A DNA stretch of 57,071 nucleotides from Octopus bimaculoides (taxonomy: Eukaryota), in the NCBI RefSeq assembly GCF_001194135.2, contig NC_068989.1, forward strand, positions 47,974,378-48,031,448, read 5' to 3'. A program made the position numbers and the translations under genes. A model generated the notes under the pieces. It was not told the DNA's origin. It made no database searches and was given only the letters and a program-made list of their open reading frames with translations. Below, piece after piece: positions 1-11,525 of this stretch (position 1 is the stretch's first letter; the number at the start of each line of letters is the position of its first letter).

Positions 1-306
1 GTGGCTATAATAAAAAGATATCTCTCTATCTGCCTATCTATCTATCTATTTGCTTATACATCTTCCATTGTCTCCAAAGCCTCACCCCCAAAAAAACAAA
101 AAAACAAAACAATGTTCTGTTATAAACAAAACCCCCCAAAACACCTGTTTTTATATAAATAAGCTAGATCTCTGTATTTTCACAGTTATATTTGACAAGT
201 TCGAAAGACGAACGAAATAAATGAAAGAAGTTATTCCAAAATTCTGACGACTTTTTTTTCAATATATATGTATATACATATATACATGTGTATGTATGTA
301 CGTATG

Positions 307-336
<30 letters not shown>

Positions 337-337
<1 letters not shown>

Positions 338-712
338 ATTAATTCATAATAGAATATAAAATCACGTTAATGATTTTTATCAGGTAATCAGCATGCTATA
401 AAAATTTATATGTAATTTATACATTAAATTAATAATTGGATCCAATTCACAATTAACGTGAATATTCTTTCACTTGCTCGTTTTCAGCCATGTGTATATT
501 CAATCTGGAGTTTTTGATAGTTTTTGAGTATCCCGGCACTTCAAGTATGTTGGAGTTGAGTCGTTTTCAATTTTATCCCTTAATATAATTATATGCATAT
601 GTATATAATTATTAATTTAATGTATAAATTGCCTATAATTTTTATAGCATGCTGACCACCTGATAAAAAGTATTAACGTGATTTTATCCTTATATTCTAT
701 TGTGAATTAATA
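337..712. repeat. Fold-back / MITE-like element with ~100-bp inverted arms (337-437, 607-712)
   Basis: Left arm taaaatcacgttaatgatttttatcaggtaatcagcatgctataaaaatt...acattaaattaataatt matches the reverse complement of aattattaatttaatgtataaattgcctataatttttatagcatgctgaccacctgataaaaagtattaacgtgatttta with few mismatches. Confidence 0.75.
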
Positions 713-957
713 AATAAAATAAAATAATTTAACTGTTTTTATTCCTGATCGGAATAGCATTTCCTGCTTGGTTATTCTGATAATATACACCTGGCTGTGG
801 TGAAGGTATTTAAATTTGACTTATCTTGGATCTATACATGCAAATATTTATATGTAGACGTGCTAATCTGCTTTGTACGGTATTTGGTGTTTATATTTCC
901 CGTGTATTGTGTTGATGAAGGAAAAAAGGTTTAATCTAGAAAAAGCTTTAATCTAGA

Positions 958-1109
958 AATTGGACCCAATACACAATGAGAAGTCTTTTTAATATTCCTT
1001 CACTAGTCGGTTTTCAGCCATGTGTATATTTAATCTGGATTTTTTGATAGTTTTTGAGTGTCCCGGCACATCAGGCATGTTGGAGATGGATCGTTTTCGC
1101 CTTTGCTCC

Positions 1110-1112
<3 letters not shown>
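958..1112 (+). repeat. Second, diverged direct copy of the ~150-bp internal segment at 434-582
   Basis: aatattcYttcact...gttttcagccatgtgtatattYaatctgga.tttttgatagtttttgagtRtcccggcac occurs at both ~461 and ~991. Confidence 0.8.
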
Positions 1113-1143
<31 letters not shown>

Positions 1144-1204
1144 ATGTTAGTGTTGTTATTATTATTGGCACAATGATCCTCCCATTACACCCATACACGC
1201 ACAG

Positions 1205-1243
<39 letters not shown>

Positions 1244-1464
1244 ATATATATATATATATATATACATACATGAGTGGTCCCTACAATTAGATGCGCCTAA
1301 TTTATTTATCAAACTTGAATTTGTAAAATACAAGGCTGACCTAAAATGATATTTGAATTCAGTGTACAAAGAGCCAGAAAGATTACTGTTAAGCATCTGT
1401 CCGATGCTCTAAAGACTCGGCTAATTAGCCATATATATATACACGTATATATATATTCATATAA

Positions 1465-1489
<25 letters not shown>

Positions 1490-1496
<7 letters not shown>

Positions 1497-1685
1497 CTTC
1501 GAGGTGGGGTGGGGTGGGGGGACGTGTGTTCCGGTGCAGGTATATGCTTATTCATATATGTATGTATATATGTACTATGCATGTATGCGTATATGCATAT
1601 GTATGTGTGAGTATGAATAAGCATATACCTGTACCGGCACACACGTCCCCTCCGTACCCACCCAATCCCACCCCGAACACACATG
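1490..1685. repeat. GC-rich inverted repeat (hairpin), core arms 1518-1556 and 1612-1650
   Basis: ggggacgtgtgttccggtgcaggtatatgcttattcata versus reverse complement of tatgaataagcatatacctgtaccggcacacacgtcccc: 37/39 match. Confidence 0.85.
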
Positions 1686-2413
1686 CAGACTGGGAGCTTC
1701 CCATTCTTTCTCAGTCGCTTCTGGATAGGAAGTGAAAAATTACGAAAAATGACACTTATTCAGACCTTAGCTTTCAATAAATATTATTCCTACCGTACCT
1801 TACGGCGTTACTTATTTCCTTTCATTCAATTTCTTTTCAAGCAACCATCATGAATATATATATATGTGTGTGTGTGTGTGTGTTTGTGTATAAATATATA
1901 TATATATTAGGCTCATACGTATCTTGTTGAGGACAGGAAGAGTGAATGATCATATATATATATATTCTATCTACAAATTGGAAGTTCTCATCTACATAAA
2001 TTTAGGGCATAAGCTAGTAAGTAATTTTATTTTATTTACATTAGCTCACGAGCAAATGAGATATAAGATATATACATATTTGTATACTGTAAAAAGTACA
2101 AAATTTCAATGAAGTTGCGTAAATGCAAGAATATATTTACACTGACAATTAAACGTATTCTTTCTTTTTTCTTTCCTTTTTGCGTCTGCAGACAGAGAAA
2201 AAGTGGATGTTTTAGCAAAAATCTACATAACTTCTGTTGAATTTTGTACTATTACAGTATAGATGTGCATTCAACTTATATTCCAGCTTTTTAGTGCATG
2301 ATTTCGTATTTAAATATGCACAAGCGCAAACACACACAAACTTACACATGCGTACATCAACAAGTACGGTATTTATATATTTATACTGAGATTCTTTGAC
2401 TAGATAAATTACG

Positions 2414-2414
<1 letters not shown>

Positions 2415-2492
<78 letters not shown>
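2415..2492. repeat. (TAGA)n/(GA)n compound microsatellite
   Basis: Direct inspection. Confidence 0.95.
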
Positions 2493-2500
<8 letters not shown>

Positions 2501-2599
2501 GGGAAAGATTATTCGGCTGCGATTGTATGCATGTGTATATATACATACACATATATATATAAGTATATACATAGATATACGTGTATATTTTTACATATA

Positions 2600-2608
2600 T
2601 TTATGCAT

Positions 2609-2645
<37 letters not shown>

Positions 2646-2700
2646 CACACACACACATGTGTGGGTGTGGTGTGTGTGTCTGTGTGTCAGTGTGTGTGTG

Positions 2701-2750
<50 letters not shown>

Positions 2751-2782
2751 TGTGTGTGTGTGTCTGTGTGTGTGTCTGTGTG
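2600..2782. repeat. (CA)n/(TA)n/(TG)n compound microsatellite
   Basis: Direct inspection; source of the HT/VC-repeat ORFs. Confidence 0.95.
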
Positions 2783-3342
2783 TTTTCACTCAACTAATCT
2801 ATACGTATATTTGTAAATATATTTGTGTTTGCTTGAGTTTGTTGGCAAGTAATTAGATGAATAAACTGGGTGTCTATTGGAGAACCCTTACGTACTTAAT
2901 GTAGAATGATAAAAATACATTTTAATTGAAATTTCAACCGTAATGGGGAAGCGAAGTTGTTAGGATTAATACCAATTCATGTCAAAGAATGTAAAGCAGA
3001 TAACTCCAGCATTTCAATTGATTAAGAATGCTATGTTGTTATGCAAGGTATGAATGAGTTCGGAAGAATACATCTGTTGTTTTAAAGTCATGTTTGTAAG
3101 TAATTCATACAGAGTTAAGGCGCCAACATGGTAAGAGCAAAATTTTTTCATCTATGTATAAACTAAGGTGTATATTTCGCAGAGTTGTGAAAAATTTGGT
3201 ATACGTTGAACAGAATATGTGACGGCGGGAACTCCTGAAATACTTCCTTAGGGAAATCCCAATATCTGGAAGTCCTGCGCTTGCGTAAAACAAAGACACG
3301 GCCTGTTGATATATAATATACTAGCCAATATTCAATTGCTAT

Positions 3343-3985
3343 TAAGGCGGCAAAATCGTAAGCATACCGGGTAAAATGCTTAGAGGCATTTCGTCCGTCT
3401 TCATGTTTTAAGTTCAAATTCCGCCGAGGTCGACTTTACTTTTCATCCCTTCGGGGTTGATTAAATAAGTACCAGTTGAACATTGAGGTCGACGTAATCG
3501 TCTTATCCCCTCCTCCGAAATTGTTGGCCTTGCGTCAGAATTGGAAACCGATATTAATAGTTATTAAGGCGGCGTTTTGGCAGAATCGTTAGGACGCCGG
3601 GCAAAATGCTTAGCGGTATTTTGTCTGCTTTTATGTTCTAAGCTCAAATTCCGTAGAGGTTGATTTTGCCTTTCATGCTTTCGGGGTCGATAAAATAAGT
3701 ACCAGCTAAAAACTGGGGTCGATGTAATCGATTTATCTCCTTCCCCAAAATTGGTGGCCTTGTGTCAAAATTTAAAATCAATATTTACTGGTTTGCTGGT
3801 TGCGAGCTGGCAGAATCTAACGGGAAAAATATTTATGTTCTGAGTTCAAATCCCGCCGAGGTCGAATTTACCTGTCATCCCTTCGGGCTTGATTAAATAA
3901 GTACCAGTTGAACATTAGAGTCAACGTAATCGATTTATCTTTTCCTAAATTGCTGGCCATGTACCAAAATTTGAAACCAATATTT
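3343..3985 (+). mobile_element. Three head-to-tail copies of tRNA-derived SINE family B (~3343-3555, 3564-3785, 3800-3985)
   Basis: Each has ggcggc...ggcagaatcg (A-box-like), gagttcaaattccgccgaggtcgactttgcctttcatcc (B-box-like), ggtcgataaaataagtaccag, ggggtcgatgtaatcgact and a ggccttgtg..aaa tail. Confidence 0.85.
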
Positions 3986-4305
3986 TGTTTTGTCTGTAAG
4001 GGTGATGTTAAATAATATTTGTATAGGACGATAGTGGAGCATAGAACCATAAACTTTGCTGATTTTGATGTTACATAGAATACAACGTGAGGTGGTTTAT
4101 TTTGTTTATTCTCCTTATTTGTCTTTTTGCTTTTTTTTTTCTCCTTTCTTTTCCCTAAGTAGATATATTAAATCATTTGATATTCTCTTTGGTAGGATCA
4201 TGAGCAGTTTGTTGGTTAATTGTAGCAGTCTATATGTGGATTGCGACTGAAATGTTGAATACGTTTTCGGTTATGCTGAGAATTCAGGTATCTGAAAATC
4301 TGAAA

Positions 4306-4471
4306 ACCACATGGTTCCGGGTTCAGTTCCACTGCATGGCACCTTGGGCAAGTGTCTTCTAATATATATCCTCAGGCCGACCAATGCCTTGGGAGTAAAT
4401 TTGGTGAATAGAAACCGATACAAGTCTGTCGTATATGTAAATATCTATGAGAATATGTGTGTGTGTGTGTA

Positions 4472-4561
<90 letters not shown>

Positions 4562-4765
4562 TGTGTTTGTCCCCCATCACCACTTGACCACTGGTGTTGC
4601 TGTGTTTCCGTCCCCGTAACTTAGCGGCTCGGCAAAAGAACCGATAGAACAAATACCAGGCTATAAAAATATAGATACTAGAGTCGATTTGACTAAAAAT
4701 TTTCCAAGGCAGTGCCCCAGCTTGGCCGTAGTCAAATGACTGAAGCAAAGATAAAAGATAAAAGA
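4306..4765 (+). mobile_element. SINE family A (tRNA head, CORE-like segment, internal (TA)/(TG) microsatellite, LINE-like tail), head truncated
   Basis: catggttccgggttcagttccactgcatggcaccttgggcaagtgtcttct ... gtcaaatgactgaagc...aaaga; same pattern recurs >10 times in the window. Confidence 0.85.
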
Positions 4766-5279
4766 TTTAGATTAGTAGTATGGTATTACTTTATTTAAGG
4801 TCATTTTAGACTTCAGATTTCTAACGATTTTTCTCCTGCTTCCAGAACCAGGAAACTTGATAGTGTTGCTCAGAGCTACTGTAAATCTATCTGATAAATT
4901 CATAACATGTAACACTTGAATAAATAGTGTTGAGATATACTTCTAATGGGTCTCAGACTGAAGTTCTGGCTTCGCGGGTGCAATTTTTGAAATATCCTTT
5001 ACATACTTAATGTTGCGTGAGTCTAATTTTTTAGAGTGTATATTTCAGCATGAAATAACATGTTTCAAGAATGCAACATCACTTTTAAAAAGATTTGTCT
5101 TTATTCAGATACAGACAGTATGCAGCATTTGATGGAATTAGGATTGATCAGATGTGTATCTGAAAATTGTAGCATCGATGTAATACAAAAACGAAGATTC
5201 TATGTACGCGAAAATATAACAAATATGTAATATAAATGGAAATATTTTACATATATGAAGCACATATCAGAACAAGAGC

Positions 5280-5480
5280 CAACGAGGTTGTCTATACGTT
5301 GTCGCTCGGCCAGCTGTGAATAGCAGACGATACTTTATATCTGGAAACAAGAAAGCCGAGATAGTCACGGCTCTAGGGATTATAAGTGTGCTCGATTAGA
5401 GCTGATCTAGGCTAAATAAGGCATAGAAGAACACTCTAACCCTGGTATTGAGTACAACCCTACATGGCTAACAATAGCAG
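5280..5480. repeat. Unclassified dispersed repeat fragment (related pieces near 10440-10625, 21140-21200, 45990-46030)
   Basis: Shared aatagcag.. / gatttagctatcatttatagcag-like core; weak similarity only. Confidence 0.3.
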
Positions 5481-6203
5481 AAACTTTAAATATCCCTCTA
5501 ATCATAAATTTCGTACTTGATAAGATATTCCTCTATAATTTAGGTAGAAGGCCAGTATGTTTGAGGCAAGCAGCTTTATGTATCCCATCAGACGAATGGT
5601 AAAGTTTGAGATCGACGGCATTTGAACTGAGAACGTTAAAAGTCGGAACAAATACCGCAAAGCATTATTTCTGATACTCTAACAATTCACCACCATAGGA
5701 AAGTGTCTGTAAAAAAAGTTTTGCAATTCATTTTCGATTTGTGTACAAGTACATATTCAAGGCATCTGAAAGTAATACAGAATAAAATCACTCAAAACTC
5801 TGCTTTAGAAAAATAACAGAAAAGATGCGGTTAAGAGCAAAATAGAAAAAAATATATTTACGATAATTTACTGAGTCTCTTATTGTCAGCGCGAAGCTCA
5901 CGTTTTCTAGACAATGATCTTGTCTAATGTCTGTGAAACGATTACCACATTCGATATATAAAATATTCATGATGTTCCAAGTCTTTTACAGACAGCACGT
6001 GATTCAATATAATGCGCCAGAAGAGTTCCAGAAAGTTTAGAATTACAATTGTTAATGATGACATGCGCATTAACTTAAGTTGTTACTCAAACCATTCTTC
6101 ACAGCAGGATTAAATATGTTTAAGTACATATAATAGACTTCCAGACAGCATTATAAAATTATGTGTATAATTTCCTTTTTATTAGATTCATTTGGAAACT
6201 AAC

Positions 6204-6291
6204 CTCACAATCCGGTTGTTCGGGATGCAAGACATAGAAGCCAAATCTCCCACAAGGTTCAATGGTCTTGAATTGAGTCCGCGAAAAGTGC
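6204..6291 (-). other. Possible 88-nt internal exon of an unidentified gene
   Basis: tag|GCAC...GTGAG|gttagt on the minus strand; GC ~50% against an AT-rich background; two open frames (HFSRTQFKTIEPCGRFGFYVLHPEQPDCE or TFRGLNSRPLNLVGDLASMSCIPNNRIV); weak polypyrimidine tract; no recognised homology. Confidence 0.15.
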
Positions 6292-7269
6292 CTACATATA
6301 CCTACGTGCATGAAAGGGCATGGCCGTATATTGGAGTTGCACATCTTTACATGTATGTATTTGTATGGATTTCCACACCGCACGTACACGCGGGTACACA
6401 TACACACTTACTGGAAGGCATGCATATAGCCAACAGTCACAGATTTACACACGCGCGTGCGCTCATACTAACATTCAAACTCATTCAAAGAATAGATTTA
6501 ACCATACAAATTTGCACACTAGACCACATACTCGCGGACACGCACGCAAAACACACTCACCCACATATACACACATGCATGTGCGGATGCTCACACTCAG
6601 ACCTACCCGGTTCTCCTGCTCCACCCTCCCCACATAAGGAGCTACACATAAGGAACTACACCCATAAATTTTACGGGATCACAAGTAAATCAAAGCTGAT
6701 CTTTCACCGAAAAGTTGAATCTTCAAAGAGATCACGGACGAATAATGCACACGCATGCTCAAAAACACACACTCACACATACAGACACTCATGCATGTGT
6801 ACAGACGCAGCCGCACACACAAGCACGCATACGGATACACATATGCATACACGCACTGACATACACACACAAACTCTTTGTTTACACTCACTTTTCCCTC
6901 CCTTCTCTTTTAAGTAAACACGCATATCCATACAGCCATACAGGCATAATCTTCAGATAGACTCAAGGCAGAGTGAGAACGCATAGCATCGAAGAGGTCA
7001 CGAATATCGACGACAGGACATTTACAAACAAGCAAGCAATTGATTGTTTAACCGACACATTAAACAAACCAGTGAGTAATTAGTTGGTTAGATATTTAAC
7101 TGATTGATTAACGATTAAGAAGTGATATTGAATCAGTAAGTGTTTTAATTATTGGCATAATGACCCTCCCAAGACACAATATACAGACACGCACACACGC
7201 GCGCGCTCATATATGTGTGTGTGTGTGTGTGTGTACATATATATGTACATATCAATGTGTATGCGTCTT

Positions 7270-7422
7270 TGTGTCTGTGTTTGTCCCCCACCCCCTTGAT
7301 AACCATTTTTGGTGTGCTTGTCTCCCTGTAACCTAGCGATTCTGCAATACTGTCTGACAAAATAAGTACTAGGCTTGAAATATACGCTCGGGTATCGATA
7401 TGTTCGATTAAAAATCCTTCAA
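7270..7422 (+). mobile_element. SINE family A, 3' module fragment
   Basis: gtgtctgtgtttgtcccc...aataagtactaggctt...gatatgttcgattaaaaatccttcaa; stops where the transposase relic begins. Confidence 0.7.
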
Positions 7423-7574
7423 TTATTCAATGAAATCGCCATTGGCTTCACCTCGGCCTCCAGACAACTTCAGAATCTCCAGAAACACTTTTGGACGGTC
7501 TCCTTGGTTAAGTTGATGAATGCTGCTATAGTGCTTACCTTGAGTTCATCTTTGGTGTCAGAAGTAGTTTTGTT

Positions 7575-7617
<43 letters not shown>

Positions 7618-8126
7618 TGCACCCCACACATAATAATCAAGAGGGTTGCAGTCTGGGGAGTTAGGCAGCCAGATGTTAGGGGTGAAGTAGTCACAAAAAT
7701 TGTCTGACTGTCATGACTGGGTTCTCCTGCTTGTGCGGAGTCCTGTTGCCAGACATAGGGTCTTCCCGCAGCCACCATCTTGACCCAGCACAGCACTACC
7801 ACCTCCCAGCCTATGATGTAGGCCTCTGTGTTGAGTGTGAGACCGTGTGGGAAGAGGAATGGAGGCATAACGCTGCCATCACTAGGGATCACTCCAAACA
7901 TCATTATGTTGACTGGATGTTTGATTTTTATCATTCTTGATACATGTCTTCAGACTTCACTGTCCTCAGATTGATACCCAAAGACTCTGAAATGTTCGTA
8001 TTAGAGCTTCCAACCCGAATGCCAAGCAGTACAGCATGTCGTTTCCAAACTTCTGACAGAGTGATTTGCGCCCATGGTGCTTTTTGTCCCACAGACAGTG
8101 CCCAAGTGACCCTTCTATACTCTGTA
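7423..8126 (-). mobile_element. Decayed, internally deleted IS630-Tc1-mariner transposase (maT/DD37D-like)
   Basis: KRHAVLLGIRVGSSNTNISESLGINLRTV (HTH) is joined directly to IKIKHPVNIMMFGV..MPPFLFPHGL..GRPYVWQQDSA..TPNIWLPNSPDCNPLDYYVWG..EANGDFIE*; the first catalytic-D region is missing; frameshifts present. Confidence 0.85.
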
Positions 8127-8197
8127 ATGGACAAAATCAAAGACGAACAAAAATATAAAATGGCGTCAATTTACCCATCGCATATATACATGCCTGT

Positions 8198-8640
8198 ATA
8201 GGTATGCAGTAATATACATCTGGAAGACCCTGGAAGGAATTGTGCCAAATTTTGGCATTGAAAGCTACACCAATGCCAGAACGGGACGACACTGCATAGT
8301 GCCAAAGATCCCAGCAATGCCATCGCGCTTCAGGACCAGTTACTGCAACAGCTTGGGATTCAGGGGCCCACAGCTTTTTAATATTCTCCCAAAGAGCCTG
8401 AGGAATCTGCACAAAGTAGATGTAGGAGTTTTTAAATCAAAGCTGGACCTCTTCCTATCGAGAGTCCCAGATGAACCTACCTCGCGGCAGGAGGTGCAAA
8501 TGAGGGTTGCTAAATCAAACTCCATTCTTCACCAAGTGCCACATATTGTAAGAGGCTCCCTGTAATAACAGTGTAGCAACATGGTGGTGCATCAGCATGG
8601 CCGCAGCTCTAAGCTGAAACTTTAAAAAAATAAATAAATA
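8198..8640 (+). mobile_element. 5'-truncated 3' end of a CR1/L2-group LINE (ORF2 C-terminus, 3' UTR, A-rich tail)
   Basis: RYAVIYIWKTLEGIVPN..SLGFRGPQLFNILPKSLRN..FKSKLDLFLSRVPDEP..AKSNSILHQ* followed by ggtggtgcatcagcatggccgcagctctaagctgaaac and an A-rich tail. Confidence 0.8.
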
Positions 8641-8771
8641 AAAATATGCACATATACATATATATATATATGTATGTATAGTTTAGAATCAGTAGTTCTT
8701 TGACTGCTATTTCTAAATTTTCAGTATGTTGGAGAAGCAACTCAATGCTAATACCTGTATATTTATGATTT

Positions 8772-8844
<73 letters not shown>

Positions 8845-9432
8845 GTGCATACATATATGTATAAGAATAAATGTATATTTACACACGCACACATAAATAT
8901 TTTCATTTATATGCCTGTGCGTGTGCCTGTGACTGTGTGTGTACATTAGTGTTATAGCGATTACGTAATTCCTTTTTATATATTTCCATTTCAATTTTGT
9001 GTTATCCTTTGACTACCTTTTATTCTAATGTATTCATTTTCAAACAACTTCTTTTAAATGTGTATCTTATGTTTTATGTATTGTGGAGCTGATTTTATAA
9101 TTCCATTCTACAAACGTTTACCTATGCGTTTTCAATAACAAATTGTAGTTTACTGACAGATACGTTATCTATTTGCGACAACATTGTAAAAGCCAAGTTT
9201 CTCAATAACAGATACACGTTTTATTTTCATCTCCTTTCATATAACCAAATATATCACTTGCTTGCACGAAACTTTTTAAGGTAGAAACATCATAAATATT
9301 TCGTTTACTACATGGCCTCTTTTACATCTGTTTACACACGCACGTAGAAATATGTATAAAATTATATATACATACGTATAACCATATACATATGTAGACA
9401 GATAACGTAATAGAAACAAAAATGCACATATG

Positions 9433-9537
<105 letters not shown>

Positions 9538-10144
9538 ACATATACATATATATGTATATATATATTAATAATCAGCAGAAGTTAGAGTAACTCAAGGGTC
9601 GATTACTAATATCATTTTACATATGTATATATGTATATGTATATAACAATCGATTGCATAGTCATTCTTTACACGTCTATGCAGGTTCAGACGCAAAATA
9701 TTCTGGTCGTCGTAGTGTATGTCATAGAAGAATAACTTATTCCTTTTACAACGACAGTGTGTTCACACTCAGCTCATTGGCTCACGACGTTCTGGTTCGA
9801 CGGTGTTTCGACATGTTTTGTCTCGTCAGCCAGAACCAACAAGGTTCATATATTTGTGTATATATATGTATGATCTCAACCGGTCAATATTGATCATGCA
9901 TTTTTACATCCATGTGCAGGACTGAACAAGATAAGATGTGTTTTAGATAAACTAGCATTTACTGATGTGTGCAAGTTTCCCCTTTGAGGGGTAGGTAAGC
10001 CATTTCATTCTCATTTTCGTTATATCCATAATTCATTCGATATGTGTTTTTATGTACCCCCAATGCATTGTTTTGTCTGGGTTTTTTTTGTTTTGTTTTT
10101 TTTTTGTCCTTTTTCTATTGTGGCCTTGTGCCTAATTAAAGAAA

Positions 10145-10335
10145 TCAGAATTCGTTAGCACTACGGGCAAAATTCTTAGTCTGTCTTTATGTTGTAAATT
10201 CAAATTCCGCCAAGATCAACTTTACGTGTCAAAGGCGATAAAAATAAGAACCAGTTGAACACCAGCGTCAATAAAATCGACTTATGCTCTCCCGTGGAAT
10301 TGGCTGACATTGTACCAAAATTTGAAATCAATATT
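10145..10335 (+). mobile_element. SINE family B copy
   Basis: cagaattcgttagcac..ttcaaattccgccaagatcaacttt..gataaaaataagaaccagttgaacac.. Confidence 0.75.
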
Positions 10336-10857
10336 CAGTTTCAGAACCCAGATTTAGTACATCATCTTTTTTTTCTTTTTTTCTTTCATGATGATGTGGT
10401 TGCTATGTTGTCGCTTCGCTCCAAGTAAGTATTCATCGAGCGGATCTATAACCAAAATACTTCACCCATGACCGCCATGCCTTGGTGACCAGGAACTACT
10501 ACGTTGTTTTACGAGTTCTCCCACTTATTCTACACTCTTTTAGGGAGTAAAAGTTGTGAAAGGGTTACATTTGAGGGTGATTTAGCTATCATTTATAGCA
10601 GATCGTGCAACCATATAGAGCAATGATTCTCGACCATCTGTTAAGCATGGACACCTTTTAAGCATGGACCCCTTTGACTCCTATTTTACTCAGGTTGTGG
10701 GGCAGTTATAGCCATTCGATGTCTAAAAACCGTTATTAAATCTTCCTGGCGGTAGGCACAGGCGTTACGTTGTTGTAAATGGTAGCACACTAATCGTGAA
10801 AATATAAAGGCGTGGGTTCAAGTCCCATGCGTACAGAAACCCATTTTTTAAAAATAA

Positions 10858-11250
10858 GGCGCAGGCGTAACTGTGTGGTAAGAAGCTTGCTTCCCCACTA
10901 CATGGTTCCGGGTTCAGACCCACTGCGTGGCACCTTCAGCAAGTGTCTTCTATTATAGCCTCGGGCAGACCAAAGCCTTGTGAGTGGATTTGGTAGACGG
11001 AAACTAAAAAAAGCCAGACGAATATACTTATATGTCTTTGTGTCTGTCTCCCACCGACACACCCACACAGCTTGACAACCTGTGTTGGTGTGCTTACGTT
11101 GGCGTAACTTAGAGGTTCAGCAAAACAGACCGATGGATTAAGTGATAGTCTTAAAAAAATAAGTACTGGGATCGATTCATTCGTCAAAACATTCTTCAAG
11201 GTGGTGCCCCAGCATGGCCGCAATCTAATGATTCAAATACGATCAAAGTT
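10858..11250 (+). mobile_element. SINE family A, near full length
   Basis: ggcgcaggcgtaactgtgtggtaagaagcttgcttcc..ggttcagacccactgcgtggcacc..aaggtggtgccccagcatggccgcaatctaatga. Confidence 0.85.
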
Positions 11251-11349
11251 AAATGATGTCAGGAATTCTATAAAGAAATGTTTAAATATTTTGTGTATTG
11301 TAGAAATATATTTTAACATATATTTTAACAACAAAATTTTATGGTTACA

Positions 11350-11525
11350 GGTAATTTCACCGCCATTAATTCACCGTGAGGCAATTTCACTGCGAGGAAA
11401 GTTTACCGAAAAAATATATCCATTGTATCTCACCATTAATAGTTAAAACTGTTTTATTGAAAAAAAAAACCGTGAACTGAGACGGCGAACTATCCCTCCA
11501 GTGCATTGAGGATGGTGAACTTACC
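11350..11525. repeat. Small element bounded by 12-bp inverted repeats, with internal ttcaccg/cggtgaa-like motifs; possible MITE relic
   Basis: ggtaatttcacc (11350-11361) versus ggtgaacttacc (11514-11525): 11/12 complementary; no clear TSD. Confidence 0.3.

Noticed and set aside
1020-2856. Long ORFs rich in YI, VC, HT and SL repeats (here and throughout the window)
   Set aside because: They are translations of (TA)n, (TG)n, (CA)n and (CT)n microsatellites, which lack stops in some frames.
9684-9850. Plus-strand exon candidate after tctatgcag
   Set aside because: Poor donor (aag|gttcat), only one open frame, and no recognisable protein.
10760-10835. tRNA gene (A-box-like and ggttcaagtccc B-box-like motifs)
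   Set aside because: No acceptor stem or cloverleaf; more likely a decayed SINE head. The tRNA-like heads at 13.7, 44.5 and 52.3 kb are likewise SINE parts.
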